In this document: piece after piece, positions 58,473 to 64,000 of the stretch
Layout of the letters: every line of letters starts with the position of its first letter
Numbering within the stretch: the first letter of the stretch is position 1
DNA from: Lentisphaeria bacterium
GTDB lineage: Bacteria > Verrucomicrobiota > Lentisphaeria > JABSQK01 > JAWLHB01
Direction: 5' to 3'
DNA: 64,000 bases
NCBI GenBank assembly: GCA_041690595.1
Contig: JAWLHB010000002.1
Coordinates: 124,001-188,000 of the forward strand
Position numbers and translations under genes: made by a program
Notes under the pieces: generated by a model
Databases searched by the model: none
What the model saw: the letters and a program-made list of their open reading frames with translations, nothing else
What the model was told of the DNA's origin: nothing

Positions 58473-59774
58473 ATGCCTGATACCGCACTCAAGGATTCTC
58501 TCTTCGCCCGCTTCGACCGCTACGCGCGCATCCACACCACCAGCGACGAAGCCAGCAGCTCCGTCCCTTCAACGGCACGCCAGCTCGATCTCTCGCGGCT
58601 CCTGGTCACCGAGCTGCTCGCCATGGGTGTCACCGACGTGGAGCTCGACCCCAACGGCTACGTCTATGCCTCCCTCCCCGCGACAGACGGCTGTGAGCAG
58701 GTGCCCGCCATCGGCTTCATCGCCCATGTCGACACCTCACCTGATGTCAGTGGCCAAGGCGTGCAGCCTCAGCGCCACCCCCCATACGAGGGTGGCGAGA
58801 TCGTTATCCGCGACAATCCACGCCTCTCCCTCTCGCCGGACACCTGCCGGGAGCTTGCGGATCACCTCGGCCATGAGATTGTCACCGGCAGTGGCGACAC
58901 GCTGCTTGGGGCCGACAACAAAGCGGGCATCGCCATCATCGTCTCCCTCGTCGACTCGCTACTCCAGAACGGGCACCCCCACGGCCCCGTCAAGATCGCC
59001 TTCACCGTCGATGAAGAGATCGGACGCGGCATGGACCACTTCGACCCGAAGCGCTTCGGCGCCAGATACGCCTACACCATCGACGGCGACGTTCTGGGCG
59101 GCGTCGAGTTTGAGTGCTTCAATGCCGACGGCCTGCGCATCGAGATCCAGGGGCGATCCATTCATCCCTCGATCGGCAAGAATCAGTTGACGAATGCGGC
59201 GCGGATCGCGGCGGAGTTGGTCGCGGCATGGCCCGATCATCTGCTTCCGGAACACACCGAGAAGCGGGAAGGATTCGTGCTGGTGACCCGCATCGAGGGA
59301 GGAGTCGAAGCGGCAACCATCCGCGGACTCGTGCGCGACCACGACCTCGACCGGCTGCGTGGCTACGAGATGCTCTGGGAGGCGCTGGTAGCGGCCGCGC
59401 GCCTGCGCCATCCTCGCGCCAAGATCAGCCTCACCTTCACCGAGCAATATCGCAATATGCGCCAGGTCATCGACCAGCACCCCGCCGTGATGGAAGCCTT
59501 GCGCAACGCCTTCGACCGCATGAGCCTGCCCATGCGCGTCACACCGATCCGCGGCGGAACCGATGGCTCCCGCCTCTCTTTCATGGGCATCCCCACCCCC
59601 AATATCTTCACCGGCGCCACCAACTTTCATGCCCGCGACGAATGGGTCAGCCTCGACTCGATGGCCACCTGCGTTCACCTGCTGCAGACCCTTCTTCGCG
59701 TCTACAGCGAAGAGGCCTCACCGCCCCTCAATGCAGCGAGGGCGCCAGCAGGAGGTAGCGCAGCAGAAGCTTGA
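58473..59774 (+). CDS. pepT: Peptidase T (M20B tripeptidase)
   Basis: GFIAHVDTS, TLLGADNKAG, DEEIG, FAYTIDG-like motif, IRGGTDG, PNIFTG..FH. Confidence 0.93.
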   Translation: MPDTALKDSLFARFDRYARIHTTSDEASSSVPSTARQLDLSRLLVTELLAMGVTDVELDPNGYVYASLPATDGCEQVPAIGFIAHVDTSPDVSGQGVQPQRHPPYEGGEIVIRDNPRLSLSPDTCRELADHLGHEIVTGSGDTLLGADNKAGIAIIVSLVDSLLQNGHPHGPVKIAFTVDEEIGRGMDHFDPKRFGARYAYTIDGDVLGGVEFECFNADGLRIEIQGRSIHPSIGKNQLTNAARIAAELVAAWPDHLLPEHTEKREGFVLVTRIEGGVEAATIRGLVRDHDLDRLRGYEMLWEALVAAARLRHPRAKISLTFTEQYRNMRQVIDQHPAVMEALRNAFDRMSLPMRVTPIRGGTDGSRLSFMGIPTPNIFTGATNFHARDEWVSLDSMATCVHLLQTLLRVYSEEASPPLNAARAPAGGSAAEA

Positions 59775-60645
59775 GACGACCAGCCCGCCCGATCTTACGC
59801 ACGTTCAGCGGTCGCGGATAGCGGGCCAGCGAACGCAGCATCAACCAGACGGCCCGTCGCCGGGCTCCCGACTGGTAAGCCATCCATGAACAACTCACAT
59901 ACTGGCAGGCCAGCGCTTCCGCGTACCGCGAATCTCCCGCCAGCACTCCGCCCGGGCCATACGCTTTGCGCAGCACCGCCTCCACCTCCGGCAGAAAGCG
60001 CTGGTCGTTGCGGCTGAGCGAGTCCGGCGTTACGCGATAGCGCACCAGCGGATACTCGATCAACGCGATGCGCCCCCGCGCGGCCACCCGCAGCCACAGT
60101 TCGTAGTCCTCCGGCCCACGAAAGCGCGTGTCGAATCCCCCAAGCTCCTGGAAGAGATCCCGGCGCAACAGCACCGTCGTCGTGGCCAGCCGGTTGCTCA
60201 CCGCCAGATCCGACAGTTCCACCCAGTTGATCGGCGGCAGCTCGCCAGGTGCGGACAGCTCCTCGTCATCCAGGCCGATCAGCTGTATGTCGCCTGCCCA
60301 GAGGTCCACGTCTGGATGCTTCGCCGCCCCCGCCAGTTGCAGCTCGAGGCGCCAGGGGAGCCAGAGATCGTCCGCATCCAGAAAAGCCAGCCACTCACCC
60401 GTCGCCACTTCAGCGCCGGCATTGCGAGCGGCCGCCGGCCCTCCATTCCGCTGGCGGCACAAAATCACCTCCGGAAAGGCCGCCGCCACGTGATCGGCCG
60501 TTCCATCGGTCGACCCATCGTCGACGACGATAGTCTCGAAATCGGCGAAGCTCTGACCACGCAGCGAACGTAAGCTCTCGTCGATCGTTTCCAGAGCATT
60601 GAAAGCCGGAATGATAACGCTGACTGTCGGCATGCTCGTACTCAC
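59728..60645 (-). CDS. Glycosyltransferase family 2
   Basis: VSVIIPAFN, VDDGSTD, ARNAG, FLDADD, EDYELWLR. Confidence 0.92.
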   Translation of the reverse strand: MSTSMPTVSVIIPAFNALETIDESLRSLRGQSFADFETIVVDDGSTDGTADHVAAAFPEVILCRQRNGGPAAARNAGAEVATGEWLAFLDADDLWLPWRLELQLAGAAKHPDVDLWAGDIQLIGLDDEELSAPGELPPINWVELSDLAVSNRLATTTVLLRRDLFQELGGFDTRFRGPEDYELWLRVAARGRIALIEYPLVRYRVTPDSLSRNDQRFLPEVEAVLRKAYGPGGVLAGDSRYAEALACQYVSCSWMAYQSGARRRAVWLMLRSLARYPRPLNVRKIGRAGRLKLLLRYLLLAPSLH

Positions 60646-61835
60646 CTCGCTGGCGATGCTGCCAGCACCTGTTCATAGTAGCGGACGTAGCCGCGGCTGA
60701 CCGCATCGCGCGAAAAGGAGGTGACCACATGCTCCCTGGCACGCCGCCCGCGCTCCCTAATCCACTCCGCGCTCACCCCATCGCGCAGGAACGCGACGAG
60801 ATTGCCGTCAACGGATAGATCGATGGCAGCGCCACCACCATTCACCACGTACTGCAGAACGGGATGCTCGTGGACGATGGCGGGAACTCCGCTCGCCAGC
60901 GCTTCGATAATGGCAATCCCCTGCATTTCGAATAGCGAGGTCATGACAAAAACATCGAGGGAGTGATAAAAGGCGGGCATCCGCGCGCGAGGAATATTGA
61001 GGAAGATGTGGATATGCCCATGGCCGATATCCTCAGCCAGTGACTGCAACTCCGGCGAGTCGTCGTGGGCCGCACCCGCAACAAGCAGCCATGGCAGCGG
61101 CTTGCCCGCAGTCGCCAGCTCGTCGAGCAAGGCCGCAAATTCCCGAATCAGATAGTCGATCCGCTTATGATCCTTCTTGATCGCGGCGGCGCAGCCGAAG
61201 ACCCGTTCATCAACGCCGATGCCGAGCCTCTCCCGCAAGGGAGTCCGCCGATCACTCGCGGGCCGGTAGATCTCCGTATCGACAAAATTGGGGATGACAC
61301 CCCAGTGCTCGGAGATGATCGCGGCATGCTCCGGATCAGCCTCCGTGAGCATGTCCAATACCTGCTCGTAGTGCCACTGGACCAGATGCAGGACATACGG
61401 GAAGCGAGCCAGAAAGGCGGCGTCTTCCTCGGTACCATTGGAGAGGATCTCGCGGGTCGTGAGACGGCCCATCTGCCGCAGGCGCCGACACCAGTCCGCG
61501 ACCATCGCATCCTGCACGTGAACAATATCGAAGGACTTCTTACGAAGGTGCTTCTGCAACTGCCAGGTGAAGCTGGCCTGCTCGATACCATAGGGCGAGG
61601 TCAGTCCCCAGCGCCAACAGAAATCCGGCAGACTTCCGGCCAGGCGGCGGGTCTCTTTTTCCCCGCGGCGGCGGCACTCGAGGCAGATCTCGTACGGTTT
61701 GGCAGGCTTGTCGGCCGCGGAAAAGAGCGTGACATCGATGCCCAGCCCCACCAGTGCATCTGCCGTATCGGCCGCCCATGATTCGACGCCGCGGGCAATA
61801 TGGCCGAGACCGCTGCAGGCAATGGCAACACGCAT
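60642..61835 (-). CDS. Glycosyltransferase family 4
   Basis: GVE, VIPNFVD, KRID, DVFVMTSLFEMQGIAIIEALASGVP. Confidence 0.9.
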   Translation of the reverse strand: MRVAIACSGLGHIARGVESWAADTADALVGLGIDVTLFSAADKPAKPYEICLECRRRGEKETRRLAGSLPDFCWRWGLTSPYGIEQASFTWQLQKHLRKKSFDIVHVQDAMVADWCRRLRQMGRLTTREILSNGTEEDAAFLARFPYVLHLVQWHYEQVLDMLTEADPEHAAIISEHWGVIPNFVDTEIYRPASDRRTPLRERLGIGVDERVFGCAAAIKKDHKRIDYLIREFAALLDELATAGKPLPWLLVAGAAHDDSPELQSLAEDIGHGHIHIFLNIPRARMPAFYHSLDVFVMTSLFEMQGIAIIEALASGVPAIVHEHPVLQYVVNGGGAAIDLSVDGNLVAFLRDGVSAEWIRERGRRAREHVVTSFSRDAVSRGYVRYYEQVLAASPAR

Positions 61836-62128
61836 GGCTCTTCGCTCCCCCTCACGTCGGTGATGGTGCCCTATCGGCATCCCGCCAAATGCTGCTACCA
61901 TAGGCGACCCCACCGCCTCTGTCAACCGCAACGATAAGGGAGAGTGAAAGGAGAGAAAGCCTGCGCGGGACGGCACAACGAATGCGGCCTGTCCGACATC
62001 GTCCGACACGTCTCCTTTCGCCTCGTCCCTCCCCAACCTGCCCCGTCCGCAAAGCAATAGCCGGAACAGGAAGCCAGCCCGGGCGACCGGAGCCAACCCG
62101 GACTGGGGGTTCCCCCGAGCACATTACG

Positions 62129-62893
62129 CTACTTGAGCACGACCGTCGTCATGTCCATGCCCGAATTACCGTTGCTCGGATCCAGGGCCATCACCCGCAC
62201 GACATAGGTGCCGGGACCGTCCGGCGTGAACTGACCGCTGAACTGGCTCGGACTCCCCGCATAGCTCATGGTCAAGCGCTCGTGTTCCACCCCATTCTTG
62301 AGCACCTCCGCCCAGATCTTGTATCGCTTCGCGTCCCATATCCCATCCGGCTCAACCGGACAACCGCACATCATCATGACCGCAGCCTTCAACTCGATTG
62401 GCTGCGCCTCCTGCACCTGCACGTGAACAGGCGGCGCCAGCACGTCCACGACGAAGCCGGCGAGATCGAGCAGAATTCCATCGCCCTGCTCGATGTGCTC
62501 ACCAGGAAAGATCCATTGCGTCACTGTCGTTCGATTGGCGGCCTGGCGCTGGGCAAGCGGCCCGTACGCCTCGATTTCAACCCGCGCGGGTTCGTCTATC
62601 TCCAGCGTCGCGACGAAACGCGCCGCGTCATCACTGGTCAGATGGCGGTGCCGCTCATGAGGCTGCTTCATGATGCGCTCGGTATCGCCGGTGCTGCCTG
62701 CCGTCACCCCTTTCGCGAGGATCTCGCTGGTATCCGCATCGCGCACCACAATCTGAACGCCGCCCATGCTGCTGCCGACGAATTTGCCATCCTTGCTCTT
62801 CACATGAATCACCACTCGGGTAGGTTCAGCTTGAGCCAGCGCGGCAAAGAGCAGCACCATGCACACCATGTATACACGCATTCTCATCTCCAT
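62129..62893 (-). CDS. Secreted conserved hypothetical protein with an MMCGCP motif
   Basis: Signal peptide; KDGKFVGSSMGG, GSTGDT, MMCGCP. Confidence 0.7.
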   Translation of the reverse strand: MEMRMRVYMVCMVLLFAALAQAEPTRVVIHVKSKDGKFVGSSMGGVQIVVRDADTSEILAKGVTAGSTGDTERIMKQPHERHRHLTSDDAARFVATLEIDEPARVEIEAYGPLAQRQAANRTTVTQWIFPGEHIEQGDGILLDLAGFVVDVLAPPVHVQVQEAQPIELKAAVMMMCGCPVEPDGIWDAKRYKIWAEVLKNGVEHERLTMSYAGSPSQFSGQFTPDGPGTYVVRVMALDPSNGNSGMDMTTVVLK

Positions 62894-62997
62894 CCTGAAG
62901 AGTTGAAATAGCAGACAAAGATACTATAGCGTGATTTCGTCGATGGTGTATCTTCTCCGTCGGCCCCGTTCGTTTTCACTATCGGCAGAGAACCATC

Positions 62998-63882
62998 ATG
63001 AGCACGGCAATCGGCGTCGACATCGGCGGCACCAAGGGAGCTGTCATCGCCTTCGACACCTCCACCTGGCAGGTGCGGGACAAGCGTCTCGTCGCGGCGG
63101 CTCCCTGCCGGCACTATCTTGCCGCCATTCGCCAGGCCATCGCCGAACTGACCCGAGAGGATCCGCCAATCGCCGTCGGCATCGCCTGCGGCGGCCCCCT
63201 CGATCTGCGTACAGGAACCGTGCTCGCCCCACCCCACCTGACGGACTGGGACACCATTCCCATCGTCGCCGAACTCTCCGCGGCCGCCAATTGCCCCGCC
63301 ATCCTGCAGAACGACGCCAACGCCGGCGCCATGGCCGAACGCTACTGGGGCGCCGGCAGAGCCGTCGATGACCTTGTCTTCATCACCTTCGGTACGGGCT
63401 TCGGCGCCGGCATCATCGCCAACGGCCGTCTGGTGGCGGGCCACTCGGGACAGGCGGGCGAGATCGGCCACGTGCGCTTGCAGCCGGATGGCCCGCCCCT
63501 CTATGGCAAGGCAGGCTCCATCGAGGGGCTCTGCAGCGGCGGCGGCATCGCCAGTCGCTTCAAACGCGATCCCCGCGAACTCTTCACCGCCGCCACCGCA
63601 CGGGAGCCGCAAGCCCGCGAGCAGCTCCGCCAACTCGGCGAGGATGTCGGCCGCGCCCTGGCTATCCTGGTCGACCTGCTCAATCCCCGGCGCATCATCT
63701 TGGGAGGGATCTACGCGCGCCATCACCAGCTGCTGCACCAGCCGCTGCGGCGCGGCCTGACCACCGAAGCGCTGCCCCTCAACTGCCGCGACGTCGAGAT
63801 CGTTCCCGCGGAACTGGGCGAAGCCATCGGCGATCATGCAACCATGGCCATTGTCCGCGATCACCTTGAGCGGAACCCATGA
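62998..63882 (+). CDS. ROK family sugar kinase
   Basis: IGVDIGGTK, NDANAGAMAE, ITFGTGFGAG, GEIGH. Confidence 0.9.
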   Translation: MSTAIGVDIGGTKGAVIAFDTSTWQVRDKRLVAAAPCRHYLAAIRQAIAELTREDPPIAVGIACGGPLDLRTGTVLAPPHLTDWDTIPIVAELSAAANCPAILQNDANAGAMAERYWGAGRAVDDLVFITFGTGFGAGIIANGRLVAGHSGQAGEIGHVRLQPDGPPLYGKAGSIEGLCSGGGIASRFKRDPRELFTAATAREPQAREQLRQLGEDVGRALAILVDLLNPRRIILGGIYARHHQLLHQPLRRGLTTEALPLNCRDVEIVPAELGEAIGDHATMAIVRDHLERNP

Positions 63883-64000
63883 AGAGTCCCCCCACCTCCA
63901 CCGTCGATCTCGTCAGCGATCTCAGCCGGGGCTTCGCGATCCTGCTCGCCTTTCTCGGCGGCGGCGACTGGATCAGCCGGAGCGCCGGGCTGCCGATCCC
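63879..64000 (+). CDS. 3'-truncated membrane protein, possibly CidA/LrgA family
   Basis: ATGA overlap with the ROK stop; GFAILLAFLGGGDWISRSAGLPI resembles the CidA N-terminus. Only ~40 codons are visible. Confidence 0.45.
   Translation, partial: MKSPPTSTVDLVSDLSRGFAILLAFLGGGDWISRSAGLPI

Overview
GC-rich bacterial chromosome segment, most likely from a PVC-superphylum organism such as Lentisphaerae. This is inferred from six [24 protein letters not shown] prepilin-like genes plus sulfatases and large secreted glycan enzymes. The left ~37 kb holds glycan-utilisation genes: a GntR/LacI (AraR-type) regulator, three modules of prepilin-like gene(s) followed by a 1100-1500 aa secreted putative hydrolase, a GH2 beta-galactosidase and a sulfatase. 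Small accessory or defence units are interleaved: a DUF6932-like nucleotidyltransferase pair, an AAA+DUF4143 ATPase, an SBD-HNH nuclease, and an XRE-ImmA gene with a frameshifted PIN gene. The right part has a LacI/sugar-kinase operon, an isolated terminase plus S24-repressor module with no portal, capsid or integrase, a Gabija-like OLD nuclease/UvrD pair, and housekeeping genes (RluA-family synthase, methyltransferase, ppc, pepT, glycosyltransferases, ROK). The most notable non-coding structure is a family of ~45-125 bp junction repeats built from 8-9-mer units that bracket the accessory modules. Their orientation flips together with an apparent G/C-skew inversion near 37-39 kb. No rRNA, tRNA, CRISPR array, transposase or integrase was recognised. 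All family calls come from motif recognition by eye; no database searches were run.
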